A stretch of DNA of 64,000 bases. Source: Actinomycetota bacterium. Its GTDB lineage: Bacteria > Actinomycetota > Actinomycetes > S36-B12 > UBA10799. Of this stretch, positions 54,873-64,000 are shown one piece after another (within the stretch, counting starts at the first letter, position 1; each line of letters opens with the position of its first letter). The stretch is taken from contig JACJWU010000003.1 of NCBI GenBank assembly GCA_020636995.1, forward strand, positions 153,108 through 217,107, written 5' to 3'. The notes under the pieces are model-generated. The model had not been told where the DNA came from and made no database searches. It saw only the letters and a program-made list of their open reading frames with translations. The position numbers were made by a program, and so were the translations under genes.

Positions 54873-55628
54873 GTGGTGCGCGATCCTGGAACGGTGCTGG
54901 GGATTCTGGTGGCAGCGGCAATCGTGCTGCCGCCTGTCGATGTGCCTGCCGACTACCAACTCGGCGGTGCCTACCCGCCGCCGCCCGGGGTCGGTGTCGT
55001 CGCGCGTGACCGGAGCGACGATCCCGTGTCCGGTGCGTACAACATCTGCTACGTCAACGGATTCCAGACCCAGCCCGGTCAGCGTCGCTGGTGGCTGCGG
55101 GTCCACCCCGATCTGGTGCTGCGCCGCGGGGGAAGGGTCGTCAGCGACCCGGGCTGGCCGGGGGAGATGCTCCTGGACACGAGCACCGCCGCCAAACGCC
55201 GGGCGATCACGCACGTGGTGGGACGCTGGATCGACAGGTGCGGCCGCGATGGCTTCCAGGCCGTCGAGACCGACAACCTCGACTCGTGGACCCGCAGCGG
55301 GGGACTGCTCACGCGCACGCACAACCGCGCCCTGGCACGGTTGCTCGCCACCCGGGCGCACGCGCGTGATCTGGCGTTCGCACAGAAGAACGCGGCTTCG
55401 TTGACAGGCGCGCCGTTCTTCGACTTCGCCGTGGTCGAGGAATGCCAGCGGTACGCCGAATGCGGACGGTTCCTTCGCCGCTACGAGGATCGCGTGATCG
55501 AGATCGAGTACCGGCGGCGGGATTTCACGGCGGCGTGCCGGTCACATGGCGACCGGATCGCGGTCGTCCTGCGGGATCGGGAGCTGCGACCTGACATGTC
55601 GCGCGGGTACCGCTTCGCCGTGTGCTGA
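54873..55628 (+). CDS. GH114-like endo-alpha-1,4-polygalactosaminidase
   Basis: YNICYVNGFQTQ, then GFQAVETDNLDSW, then DFAVVEECQRY, resembling GH114. GTG at 54873. The longer track ORF is shadow. Confidence 0.7.
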   Translation: MVRDPGTVLGILVAAAIVLPPVDVPADYQLGGAYPPPPGVGVVARDRSDDPVSGAYNICYVNGFQTQPGQRRWWLRVHPDLVLRRGGRVVSDPGWPGEMLLDTSTAAKRRAITHVVGRWIDRCGRDGFQAVETDNLDSWTRSGGLLTRTHNRALARLLATRAHARDLAFAQKNAASLTGAPFFDFAVVEECQRYAECGRFLRRYEDRVIEIEYRRRDFTAACRSHGDRIAVVLRDRELRPDMSRGYRFAVC

Positions 55629-55629
55629 A

Positions 55630-56184
55630 TCAGCGCAGGAACGCCCGTGTGCGCTCCATCAACAACTCCGCGGCCTCAGGATCGAAATCAGAGCATGAAG
55701 GGTCGGCGAACAGGTGCGCGTCGCCGGGGTAGATGAAGACCTCCCCGCCGCTGGCGGCCACCAGCGCGTCCACCTCATCGCGCTCGATCCACGGGTCGTC
55801 CTGCGCGAAGTGGATCTGCAACGGCAGGCCGGGCGGCCAGGGTTTCGGGAACCACTTCGGATCGGTGCCCCCGTGGTAGAGCAGCGCCCCCCGCGCACCC
55901 TTGCGGGTCTGGGCCAGGGATTGTGCGGCGACCGAGCCGAGCGAGAACCCCGCGTACACGACCTTCTTCGGCAGTTTCGCGACCGCGGCATCGGCTTTGC
56001 GGACGATGACCCCCATGCCGAGGTCCTCGGCGAGCGCCACGCCCTCCGCGAGATCCGAGAAGACCGCGCCGTCGTAGAGATCGGGTGTGTGGACCTTGTG
56101 CTTGGCCGCCCGCAGTTCATCGGCGAAGGCCAGGAACCCCTCGGTCTGGCCCAGAGCGCTGTGGAACAGGATGACGTCGGTCAC
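55630..56184 (-). CDS. Dienelactone hydrolase-family protein
   Basis: A 184-aa protein beginning MTDVILFHSALG, with GFSLGS (a nucleophile elbow). Confidence 0.75.
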   Translation of the reverse strand: MTDVILFHSALGQTEGFLAFADELRAAKHKVHTPDLYDGAVFSDLAEGVALAEDLGMGVIVRKADAAVAKLPKKVVYAGFSLGSVAAQSLAQTRKGARGALLYHGGTDPKWFPKPWPPGLPLQIHFAQDDPWIERDEVDALVAASGGEVFIYPGDAHLFADPSCSDFDPEAAELLMERTRAFLR

Positions 56185-56202
56185 GCCTCCACCCTAGGCA
56201 CG

Positions 56203-57369
56203 TCAGTCGCGGCCGAACAGGTCCCGGGTGTAGACCCTGTCCACCACGTCGCGGATCTCATCGGAGATCCGGTTGGCCACGATGACCGACGAGCGGCGCT
56301 TGAACTCGGCGAGATCGTTGACGACCTCCGAGTGGTAGAAGTGCGATTCGGTGAGCACCGGCTCGTACACGATCACCTCGAGGCCCTTGGCCTTCAGGCG
56401 CTTCATGATCCCCTGGACGCTGGAGGTGCGGTAGTTGTCCGAGCCCTCCTTCATGACGAGGCGGTAGATGCCCACCACCGCGGGCTGGAGCGCGAGGATC
56501 TGCTCGGCGACGAAGTCCTTGCGGGTCGCGTTGGCATCGACCACCGCCCGGATGAGATCCTGCGGCACGTCCTGGTAGTTGGCCAGCAACTGCTTGGTGT
56601 CCTTCGGAAGGCAATACCCCCCGTAGCCGAACGAGGGGTTGTTGTAGTGCCGTCCTACCCGGGGGTCGAGGCTCACACCGGTGATGATGTCGCGACTGTC
56701 CATGCCGTGGCTCGACGCGAAGGTGTCGAGCTCGTTGAAGAACGCCACGCGCATGGCGAGGTAGGTGTTGGCGAAGAGCTTGATCGCTTCGGCCTGCTTC
56801 GCGTCGGTGATGAGGACAGGCGCGGTGGGCTCCAGCGAACCCTCCAGCATGAGGTCGGCGAACTCCTTGCCGCGCTCCGACCGCTGCCCCACCACGATCC
56901 GGGACGGGTGCAGGTTGTCGTGCAGTGCCTTGCCCTCCCGCAGGAACTCGGGGGCGAACAGGATCTGGTCGGTGTCGTGCTCCTCGCACATCCGATCGGT
57001 GAACCCCACGGGGATCGTCGACTTGATGACGATGGTGGCCGATGGTTCGATGGCCGTGACCTGTGCGATGACCGCCTCGACGGAACTCGTGTCGAAGAAG
57101 TTCGCGTCGGGGTCGTAGTCGGTGGGCGTGGCCACGACGACGAACCGGGCCCCGGCGTACGCCTCGAACGGATCGGAGGTGGCGTGCAGGTCCAACTCCA
57201 CGCGTGCGAGGTACTCCTCGATCTCCGGATCCTCGATGGGCGACCGGCGATCGTTGACCGCCGCCACCCGGTGCGCGTCGATGTCGAAGGCCACGACTTC
57301 GTGGCGTTGGGCGAGCAACACGGCATTGGACAGGCCGACGTACCCCATCCCCGCCACAGCGATCTTCAC
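56203..57369 (-). CDS. ugd: UDP-glucose 6-dehydrogenase
   Basis: [20 protein letters not shown] and [11 protein letters not shown] (catalytic Cys). GTG at 57369. The 5' extension of the 661-aa track ORF is shadow. Confidence 0.9.
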   Translation of the reverse strand: MKIAVAGMGYVGLSNAVLLAQRHEVVAFDIDAHRVAAVNDRRSPIEDPEIEEYLARVELDLHATSDPFEAYAGARFVVVATPTDYDPDANFFDTSSVEAVIAQVTAIEPSATIVIKSTIPVGFTDRMCEEHDTDQILFAPEFLREGKALHDNLHPSRIVVGQRSERGKEFADLMLEGSLEPTAPVLITDAKQAEAIKLFANTYLAMRVAFFNELDTFASSHGMDSRDIITGVSLDPRVGRHYNNPSFGYGGYCLPKDTKQLLANYQDVPQDLIRAVVDANATRKDFVAEQILALQPAVVGIYRLVMKEGSDNYRTSSVQGIMKRLKAKGLEVIVYEPVLTESHFYHSEVVNDLAEFKRRSSVIVANRISDEIRDVVDRVYTRDLFGRD

Positions 57370-57426
57370 GTGCCAATGATAGGCGCGGTCCTTGTGACCA
57401 TCCCCCACGTCCGGCAAGGTGGGCCC

Positions 57427-57978
57427 ATGAAGACCGCATCTGTTGTCATCGCCGCCGCTGCGCTCACCGCCGGACTCGCCGCCCCCGCCGCGGCCGCCGA
57501 CAAGGTACCGGTCAAGCTCAAGGTCAAGGACTGTAAGGGTTGCAGCGTGATGGCCACCTGGTCGAAGACCGGCAAAGCAGACGGGAACTTCAAATCCGCG
57601 ACCAAGAAGGCGGCGACGTCCTCGACGACCCTGACCTTCAACGTCCCCAAGGGGTACTACCTGTACTTCACGGCCACCAGCCCCAAGGCCGCCATGGACG
57701 CGGCGAGCGTGATGGTCACCCAGTTCGTCGGGAAGTCGACCGGGGACAGGGTCTCCGCCAGCGCTGTGCCGTCGCTCAACGACGGCGCCTCGTACTGCAT
57801 GAAGGCCAAGAAGACCACGATCTCGACGAAGGCCGCGCTGATCCCGGCCGGCGGCAGCAACCTCCTGGCCTTCTGGGCGAACCCGCAACTCAAGGCCATG
57901 GGGACGAAGATCAACGACGGGATCAGCGGGGTGTACGGCACGCAGAACACGCTGCTGTGCAAGGGCGCGTATTACTGA
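57427..57978 (+). CDS. Secreted hypothetical protein
   Basis: Signal peptide [32 protein letters not shown] upstream of the ATG. Confidence 0.6.
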   Translation: MKTASVVIAAAALTAGLAAPAAAADKVPVKLKVKDCKGCSVMATWSKTGKADGNFKSATKKAATSSTTLTFNVPKGYYLYFTATSPKAAMDAASVMVTQFVGKSTGDRVSASAVPSLNDGASYCMKAKKTTISTKAALIPAGGSNLLAFWANPQLKAMGTKINDGISGVYGTQNTLLCKGAYY

Positions 57979-58063
57979 GCCACGGCACTCAAGCGGTGGG
58001 GCCGCTGCTGAGGCGTGGGTTTGACCGCACACGCCGGCGGTCCACGGGTCTACCCTGACAATC

Positions 58064-60580
58064 GTGAAGTTGATCGCCGCCGCCGTCGCTGTCTTGGGCA
58101 TCACGGCCGGTTCGGTGGCGTGGTCGGCGGTGCCGCAACACCTCCCCTCCGCAACGTCGAAGACCGAACCCGGCGCCCCCTGGCCCACGATGCGTCACGA
58201 TCTGCGCAACACCGGCGCGTCCGACCTGCGTGGGCTGGACCCCGGGACCAAGCCGTGGTCCTTCCAAACCGGCAAGGGCATCTTCTCCACACCTGTCATC
58301 GCGGCCGACGGCACCATCTACGTCGGGTCCGCCGATCACAACCTCTACGGGCTGTCCGAGGAGGGCGAGGAGGTCTGGCGCTTCGAGACCGGGGAGATCA
58401 TCGACACCGCGCCCGCCCTGCTCGACGACGACACGCTGATCATCGGGTCCGGCGACGAGAACATGTACAAGGTCAGTACCGATCCGGCGATCCCCTCCCA
58501 CCAACGTGTGGTGTGGACCTTCACACCCACGCTGCCGACCGTCGAAGGCCAGCTGGTGAACTGGTGGGAGGGTAGCCCGAACGTCGGCCCGGACGGGGTC
58601 ATCTACCAGGGCAACACCGGCGGCGGGGCCTACGCGGTGAACCCCGACGGCACCGAGAAGTGGGCCTACCAGGCGCAGAACTCGGTGTGGACGGTCCCGT
58701 CCATGGACGATTCCGGCACCACCTTCTGGGGTTCGGTCGACCTGCGCCTGTTCGCACTCAACGCCGACGGCACGCAGAAGTGGCAACGCACGACGCTGGG
58801 ATACGTGACATCGTCGCCGGCATTGGGGCCGGACGGCACGATCTACGCCGGTTCCTTCGACGGGAGCATGTACGCGCTGGACTCCGCCGACGGATCGGTG
58901 AAGTGGAAGCTGCAGACCGGTGACCACATCTACGCCTCCCCCGCACTCGTGGAGAAGGACGGGACGCTGGAGCAGATCATCATCGGCTCCACGGATGGAC
59001 TGCTCTACTCCGTGGACCCGAGCGGTGACGTGCTGTGGACCTACGACACCGGCGCACCGATCCGCAGCTCCCCGGTCGTCGGGCAGGCGCCGGTCGACGG
59101 CGGCTCCCCGATCGTCTACGTGGGTGCGGCCAACGGCCACGTCGTCGCCGTCAACGTCAACGACGGCTCGCGGCGCTGGACCTACGACACCACCGCCACC
59201 GAGCCCACCCTGGCCACGCGCAACCAGCTCAACTCCTCACCGGCGCTGGGGACCAAAGGCGTCTACATCGGCAGTCAGGACGGCGCGGTCTGGTTCGTGC
59301 CCTACGACCACTGCCTGCGACCGGGGCAGTCCGACGCCCGGTGCGTGACGGCGGACCTCCCCAGCGACGGCATGTACGCGTACGGGGTCGACGTCGGCGG
59401 CGGCCTCGTGCCGCCCGACCAGCCGGTCGCGATCAGCCCCGCCGGCTACATGACGGGCCGGGTCGTGGTGCGCAAGGACGGACGCAGCGTCCCCGCGCGC
59501 CTCGTGCCTGCGCCCGACGTCCAGCAGTTGGTGAGCGTCGAGCCGGCGGTGGACGTCGATGTCTCGGTGTCCGGGGACGGCCGCTACGTGTTCGTCCGGC
59601 CGCTGGAGATGCTCCCCGCGCAGACCACCTACAAAGTCACAGTGCAGGGTGTGGTCACTACGGGTGGTCCGCGACTGGGAAACGTGTCTCTGGGTAGCGG
59701 CGAACTCGAACCCTTCCGCGGGACGTTCACCGTGCGCACCGGTGACGACGGTACGGCCTGGGACCCGAAAGTGCAGGCCGACCAGACCTCGGGGCTGTCC
59801 CTGTCCCGATTGGCCACGCCGCTGCCGCCGATGCTGCCGAGCGTCAACCAGATCGGCTTCGACTTCTACGACTGGATCGGTGGCGCGGTGAAGACCGAGA
59901 AGGACGCCACGGTGGTGTGGTTCGTCGGCGCCAAGCGCAACGACGACGGTGAGATCGTCGCGGACCCGTCCTCGCTGTTCGCCTTCCCTGTAGCCGGGCA
60001 GCAACGCGCAGGCACATTTCTCATGAACGCCAGCGGCGTGAATCTCTGGTTCACGTTCGGGCCGGTGCCACTGCAGCGTTTCGACCTGAGAGGGACCTTC
60101 GACGACAAGGGCCAGGTGAAGCCTGACTCGCAGTTCATGGCCCAAGCCGTGTGCGCGGACATCCCCGGCTACGGGTCGCAGATGCCCGCGACGGGGATGT
60201 GCGACACCCAGGGCGTGCTCACCGCCGCCGGGACGTTCCTGGGCGAGCAGGCCGAGTCGCCAGCGGTGCGCCGAGTGCCCGGGATGAAGATCGGGGACAT
60301 CACGTACACGCCCGGGTCACCGGCCACGGTGTCGACCACCATCGACGCACCAGTTGGCTACACCAGCGACGATCACTTCGTGTCGATCCTGCTGATCGGT
60401 GACGACGGCCTGCCGGTGCCGATCGACTACTACAGCAGCACGAAGCTCGAGACCGATGAGAGCCAGCGGATCACCGGTGTCACGGTGACTGTGGACGAGC
60501 CGCTGCCCGCGAACTTCCGGGCCGTGGTGATGACCGACGCCTTCCCGGCGAAGACCCAGGACCTCGGGGGTGCGTCATGA
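58064..60580 (+). CDS. Secreted PQQ-like beta-propeller repeat protein with a large C-terminal extension
   Basis: Repeated (D/S)GxxYxG(S/T)xDxxLYAL-type blades ([38 protein letters not shown]). Confidence 0.75.
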   Translation: MKLIAAAVAVLGITAGSVAWSAVPQHLPSATSKTEPGAPWPTMRHDLRNTGASDLRGLDPGTKPWSFQTGKGIFSTPVIAADGTIYVGSADHNLYGLSEEGEEVWRFETGEIIDTAPALLDDDTLIIGSGDENMYKVSTDPAIPSHQRVVWTFTPTLPTVEGQLVNWWEGSPNVGPDGVIYQGNTGGGAYAVNPDGTEKWAYQAQNSVWTVPSMDDSGTTFWGSVDLRLFALNADGTQKWQRTTLGYVTSSPALGPDGTIYAGSFDGSMYALDSADGSVKWKLQTGDHIYASPALVEKDGTLEQIIIGSTDGLLYSVDPSGDVLWTYDTGAPIRSSPVVGQAPVDGGSPIVYVGAANGHVVAVNVNDGSRRWTYDTTATEPTLATRNQLNSSPALGTKGVYIGSQDGAVWFVPYDHCLRPGQSDARCVTADLPSDGMYAYGVDVGGGLVPPDQPVAISPAGYMTGRVVVRKDGRSVPARLVPAPDVQQLVSVEPAVDVDVSVSGDGRYVFVRPLEMLPAQTTYKVTVQGVVTTGGPRLGNVSLGSGELEPFRGTFTVRTGDDGTAWDPKVQADQTSGLSLSRLATPLPPMLPSVNQIGFDFYDWIGGAVKTEKDATVVWFVGAKRNDDGEIVADPSSLFAFPVAGQQRAGTFLMNASGVNLWFTFGPVPLQRFDLRGTFDDKGQVKPDSQFMAQAVCADIPGYGSQMPATGMCDTQGVLTAAGTFLGEQAESPAVRRVPGMKIGDITYTPGSPATVSTTIDAPVGYTSDDHFVSILLIGDDGLPVPIDYYSSTKLETDESQRITGVTVTVDEPLPANFRAVVMTDAFPAKTQDLGGAS

Positions 60581-61677
60581 TCCGCGCGTTCATCGACGGT
60601 GTGATCGCGGTCCTGCTCGCGGTCGTCATGGGGGTGCTCATCGCACTCGCACTCGCGGAACTCGGCCTCACGGACACCCCCTGGCTGACCCTCGGGCCAT
60701 GGCTGGCGGGAGTCGGGCTGCTGGGAGCCTGGCAACAGGAGGTGACCGCCGACCTGGCCGGTGGGTTGGAGTGGACCACCACCGCAACGGGTGCTCCACT
60801 CCTGGTGACCTGGGTGGCGGCGCTCTACATCGCATTGCGGGCCAAACGGGGCACATGGCTGCAGGCACTCCCGGCGGCCGCGGGGGCCGCCGTCGCGGCG
60901 GCACTGCTGGTGGCGGCGACCCGCACGTCAGACACCCTGACCAACGACGCCGGCTCGGTGACCGCCAGCGAGGGTCTGACCTGGCTGTGGAGCAGCGACC
61001 GTCCCGGCGCGGTGATCGGTGCCGCGGCGCTGGTGGCCGTCGTGTGGTTGCTGAAGACAGCGGCATTGCGTTGGTGGAGATCGGGCCGCGGGGTCGCCTG
61101 GAGCCTGCTGGTCGGCCTGGGTCTCGTCCTGACCGTCGCCGTCGCCGGAGGGCTCTACTACCTCACCAGTTCGATGGCCGTCGGCCTCGCGGTGGGGTTG
61201 CTCTACCCGCTCGCAGGAACGCTTGCGCTGTTCGGGCTCGCCGGGGCGCCGGTCGAGGCCAGCCTCACCCGGCTCACCCCTGAGACCCTGTCGCTGACGA
61301 CATGGTCGGAGAGCCTGGTCTACGGGGTCGGTGGGACGGTCGCTGCGCTCGTGCTCGCCGTCCTCGTCGGGCTCATCATGCGGATCTTCAAGCACCGCAG
61401 TACGTGGTTGGGCGCAGTGACCGTGACCGCCGTACTCGCAGCGTTCCTGGGATGGGCGATGAGTACCACGGTCGAGGTGCCTGCGAGCCTGGGCGCGGAA
61501 ACGACAGTGTGGGTGAACCCGCTCTTCGCCGCCGCAGTGGGAGCGGTCCTGGGGCTGGTCACGCGGTTCTTCGCGGGTCGGCCGAAGGAGGACAGCACGC
61601 CGCCTGCGCCTGCTCAGCCCGCGGCGGACAACGACATCGACGCCCTGCTGGCCGAGGTGGGGGAACGGCCGGCCTGA
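60577..61677 (+). CDS. Polytopic membrane protein, unknown function
   Basis: ATGA overlap with the propeller gene. Multiple hydrophobic helices. Confidence 0.6.
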   Translation: MIRAFIDGVIAVLLAVVMGVLIALALAELGLTDTPWLTLGPWLAGVGLLGAWQQEVTADLAGGLEWTTTATGAPLLVTWVAALYIALRAKRGTWLQALPAAAGAAVAAALLVAATRTSDTLTNDAGSVTASEGLTWLWSSDRPGAVIGAAALVAVVWLLKTAALRWWRSGRGVAWSLLVGLGLVLTVAVAGGLYYLTSSMAVGLAVGLLYPLAGTLALFGLAGAPVEASLTRLTPETLSLTTWSESLVYGVGGTVAALVLAVLVGLIMRIFKHRSTWLGAVTVTAVLAAFLGWAMSTTVEVPASLGAETTVWVNPLFAAAVGAVLGLVTRFFAGRPKEDSTPPAPAQPAADNDIDALLAEVGERPA

Positions 61678-61699
61678 TCGCGCCTCTTAGAATCGACCC

Positions 61700-62098
61700 A
61701 TGCTCAAGGGATTCCGGGATTTCATTCTTCGCGGCAACGTCATCGACCTCGCAGTGGCGGTCGTCATCGGCGCGGCCTTCACCGCATTGATCGGCGCGTT
61801 CAACACCGCCCTCATCACCCCGATCGTGAACAGCTTCTTCAATCTGCTGGGCCTGAGCAAGGACGGCATCGGCGGGACGATCGGGCTGCCCGGCGACCAG
61901 GTGATCAACATCGGCCTCATCGTGGGCGCGACCATCACCTTCCTCATCACCGCAGCCGTTGTCTACTTCGTGTTCGTCGCTCCCATGAACGCCGCCAAGA
62001 GCCGCTTCGGGAAAGAGAAAGAGGAGGTGGCGGACGCCACCGCTGAGGAACTGCTCACCGAGATCCGCGACCTGCTCAAGGAGCAGAAGCAGGGCTGA
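61700..62098 (+). CDS. mscL: Large-conductance mechanosensitive channel
   Basis: MLKGFRDFILRGNVIDLAVAVVIGAAF is the classic MscL N-terminus. Confidence 0.92.
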   Translation: MLKGFRDFILRGNVIDLAVAVVIGAAFTALIGAFNTALITPIVNSFFNLLGLSKDGIGGTIGLPGDQVINIGLIVGATITFLITAAVVYFVFVAPMNAAKSRFGKEKEEVADATAEELLTEIRDLLKEQKQG

Positions 62099-62251
62099 GC
62101 CCCGCGCGCTACCGACCCTTCCCTGGTGAGTGCTGCGCGGTTACCGGTTCGCCGCCCGTAAACCCGCAACCGCGCGACACTCAACCGAGCATTGGCCCAC
62201 ACAGCCTGGGAAAGGCTGCGGTCCCCCACACCGCTGGCCGAAGATGTCCTC

Positions 62252-64000
62252 ATGGACGAAGCACACATCCTCGACCGTGCCGAGCGGGTCCTGCGGGACC
62301 GGATCTATGCCGCCGGCGCGATCGGGTGGCACCGGCTGAGCATCGCCATCAACCGAATCGTCGGTGAGCCCGTCGACTTCGCAACGGCGCGCGCTGGAAC
62401 CTATGACCCGGTCTCCTCGGGTGAGGCGTGGGGCACTCCCTGGTCGACGGCCTGGTTCCACGTGACCGGAGAGGTCCCCGAGCAATGGCCCGTGGATGAC
62501 GTCGATCTCGATGTCGACCTCGGCTGGACGTGGGGTCCGTCGACCGGCGAGGCACTGATCCACACCCCGGACGGCCTCACCGTCGAGTCCATCGGACCCG
62601 GACGTCCGCGCATCCCGTGGCGCGACCGCACGGTGGACATCTACATCGAGGCCGCCGCCAACCCGATGCCCACGTTCGATTGGTTCCCCACCGACTCCAG
62701 CCTTGGCCCGCTGCCGGACGCACCACCCCGGATGGTGATCTCGCGCGCCCACCTCGTTCGCGTCAACCGGGTCGGCGAGTCCGCCGCCGACGACATGGTC
62801 CTCGCCCTGCAACTGGCACGTGAGATGAGCGACCGTGCCCGGCGCAACCAGGTGCTTCGGGCGATCGCGGCCGCCTGTGACATCGTCGACGACCTGACCC
62901 TGCCTGACGAGGAGCGGTGGATCGTGTTCCGCAAGGCGCTCGCACCCGTCTTCGACAACGCGGCCCTGCCCGGCGCACCGCACATGTACGCGGTGGCGAA
63001 CGCCCACATCGACAGTGCCTGGCTATGGCCGTTCCGGGAGACGGTCCGCAAGGTCGCCCGTTCTTTCAGCAACGCCCTGGCGGTGATGGACGACGAACCG
63101 CAGATGCGGTTCGGATCCTCGCAGGTGCAACACCTGGCGTGGATGGAGCAGTTCCATCCGCACATGTTCGAGCGGATCAAGCAGCGGGTTGCGCAAGGAG
63201 AGTGGCTGCTTCTGGGCGGAACGTGGGTCGAACCGGACGGCAACATGCCCTCCGGGGAGTCGTTCGCGCGGCAGTTCCTCATCGGTCAGACATGGCTGCA
63301 GGAGCATTTCGGGCAGATCGCGGACACGTTCTGGCTGCCCGACACCTTCGGGTATTCCGCGGGTCTTCCGCAGATCGCCCGTGCGGCGGGCTGCGACACC
63401 TTCGTCACGCAGAAGCTGTCCTGGAACTCGGTGAACGTGTTCCCGTACACGACGCTGGAATGGGAGGGCCTCGACGGAACTCGGCTGTTGACCCACTTCC
63501 CGCCGGCGGACAGCTACGGGTGTGCCGTGCTACCGGCGGAGCTCGCGAAGTCGCAGGCCAAGATGATCGAGCAGTCCGCCGACGAGGGGCTACTGCTGTT
63601 CGGCTACGGCGACGGAGGTGGCGGGCCGACCCGCGACATGGTTGAACGGACCCGTCGGTTGAGCATCGCCGGACTGCCACACATCGAACTGAGCACGGTG
63701 CGCGAGTTCTTCGCCGCGGTCCGCGAATCAGTACCGGAGCCGCCGGTGTGGTCCGGCGAGTTGTACCTGGAGTACCACCGGGGCACGCTGACCAGCGAGA
63801 GCCGGATCAAGCAGTTGCACCGGCGGGCCGAGGTCCTGCTGCGTGAGTCGGAGATGTGGGCCACGGCGGCAGTGTTGCAGCGGGGTGCGGGATACCCGGC
63901 ACACGAGTTGCAGCACCTCTGGCGGGAGTTGCTGCTCATGCAGTTCCACGACGTGCTGCCCGGGACCTCCATCGGTTGGGTCCACGACGAGGCCATCGAA
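62252..64000 (+). CDS. GH38 alpha-mannosidase; the 3' end lies outside the window
   Basis: My own translation of frame 2 from the ATG at 62252 gives GEAWGTPWSTAWFH, then NAHIDSAWLWPFRET, then WLPDTFGY, then LYLEYHRGT, then MQFHDVLPGTS. There is no stop before the window end, so the ORF is absent from the track. Confidence 0.85.
   Translation, partial: MDEAHILDRAERVLRDRIYAAGAIGWHRLSIAINRIVGEPVDFATARAGTYDPVSSGEAWGTPWSTAWFHVTGEVPEQWPVDDVDLDVDLGWTWGPSTGEALIHTPDGLTVESIGPGRPRIPWRDRTVDIYIEAAANPMPTFDWFPTDSSLGPLPDAPPRMVISRAHLVRVNRVGESAADDMVLALQLAREMSDRARRNQVLRAIAAACDIVDDLTLPDEERWIVFRKALAPVFDNAALPGAPHMYAVANAHIDSAWLWPFRETVRKVARSFSNALAVMDDEPQMRFGSSQVQHLAWMEQFHPHMFERIKQRVAQGEWLLLGGTWVEPDGNMPSGESFARQFLIGQTWLQEHFGQIADTFWLPDTFGYSAGLPQIARAAGCDTFVTQKLSWNSVNVFPYTTLEWEGLDGTRLLTHFPPADSYGCAVLPAELAKSQAKMIEQSADEGLLLFGYGDGGGGPTRDMVERTRRLSIAGLPHIELSTVREFFAAVRESVPEPPVWSGELYLEYHRGTLTSESRIKQLHRRAEVLLRESEMWATAAVLQRGAGYPAHELQHLWRELLLMQFHDVLPGTSIGWVHDEAIE

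Noticed and set aside
55714-58188. Two very long mutually overlapping ORFs (754 aa on the plus strand, 661 aa on the minus strand).
   Set aside because: Only the segments 56203-57369 (ugd, minus) and 57427-57978 (secreted protein with a signal peptide, plus) have protein-like sequence and plausible starts. The rest is shadow frame.
62141-63007. A 288-aa minus-strand ORF, with other track ORFs between 62130 and 63996.
   Set aside because: They are antisense or out of frame to an uninterrupted plus-strand frame from 62252 to the window end. That frame encodes unmistakable GH38 alpha-mannosidase motifs. It is missing from the track only because it has no stop inside the window.

Overview
This is a high-GC, actinobacterial-type chromosome segment, and most genes are tightly packed and translationally coupled. 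I called genes from the supplied ORF track plus my own reading of start codons, motifs and repeats. No similarity search or RNA folding was possible.

- **1-18.7 kb: Wzx/Wzy-type cell-surface glycan cluster.** It encodes GDP-fucose synthesis (gmd, fcl), a GT11 fucosyltransferase and a UDP-HexNAc dehydrogenase. It also carries an AsnB-type amidotransferase, UDP-xylose synthase, two methyltransferases, a sulfotransferase, several glycosyltransferases, a flippase, a polymerase and a priming phosphoglycosyltransferase.
- **18.7-27.8 kb: regulators and an NO-sensing locus.** A TetR/MFS pair and a CoA-disulfide-reductase-like flavoprotein are followed by an H-NOX (haem-NO sensor) locus. That locus comprises an OmpR-type regulator, the H-NOX protein, a GAF-DHp-REC protein with a degenerate ATPase domain, and a convergent tripartite hybrid kinase.
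- **27,956-46,642: genomic island of about 18.6 kb in tRNA-Gly(CCC).** The tRNA gene (27926-27999) is the integration site, and the island is bounded by a 45-nt direct repeat.
  - Its mobility and left-hand genes are decayed. These are a frameshifted integrase, a frameshifted IS110 transposase, a nonsense- and 5'-truncated MMPL gene, a 5'-truncated TetR gene and a MobC::cupin chimera.
  - Its central cargo looks intact. One operon encodes DUF2249, hemerythrin, a zinc-ribbon protein, a Rieske protein and a cupin. The divergent operon encodes a Cys-rich regulator, a membrane protein and a copper nitrite reductase fused to a ~13-TM domain plus an extra cupredoxin. A P450 gene follows.
  - A Fic protein and an orphan antitoxin-like ORF sit at the right end.
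- **46.9-64 kb: core genes.** These include a BNR-repeat protein, a polysaccharide deacetylase, a MaoC hydratase, a molybdopterin oxidoreductase, a GH114-like hydrolase, ugd, a PQQ-like propeller protein, mscL and a GH38 alpha-mannosidase that runs off the window.

No rRNA genes or CRISPR arrays were seen.
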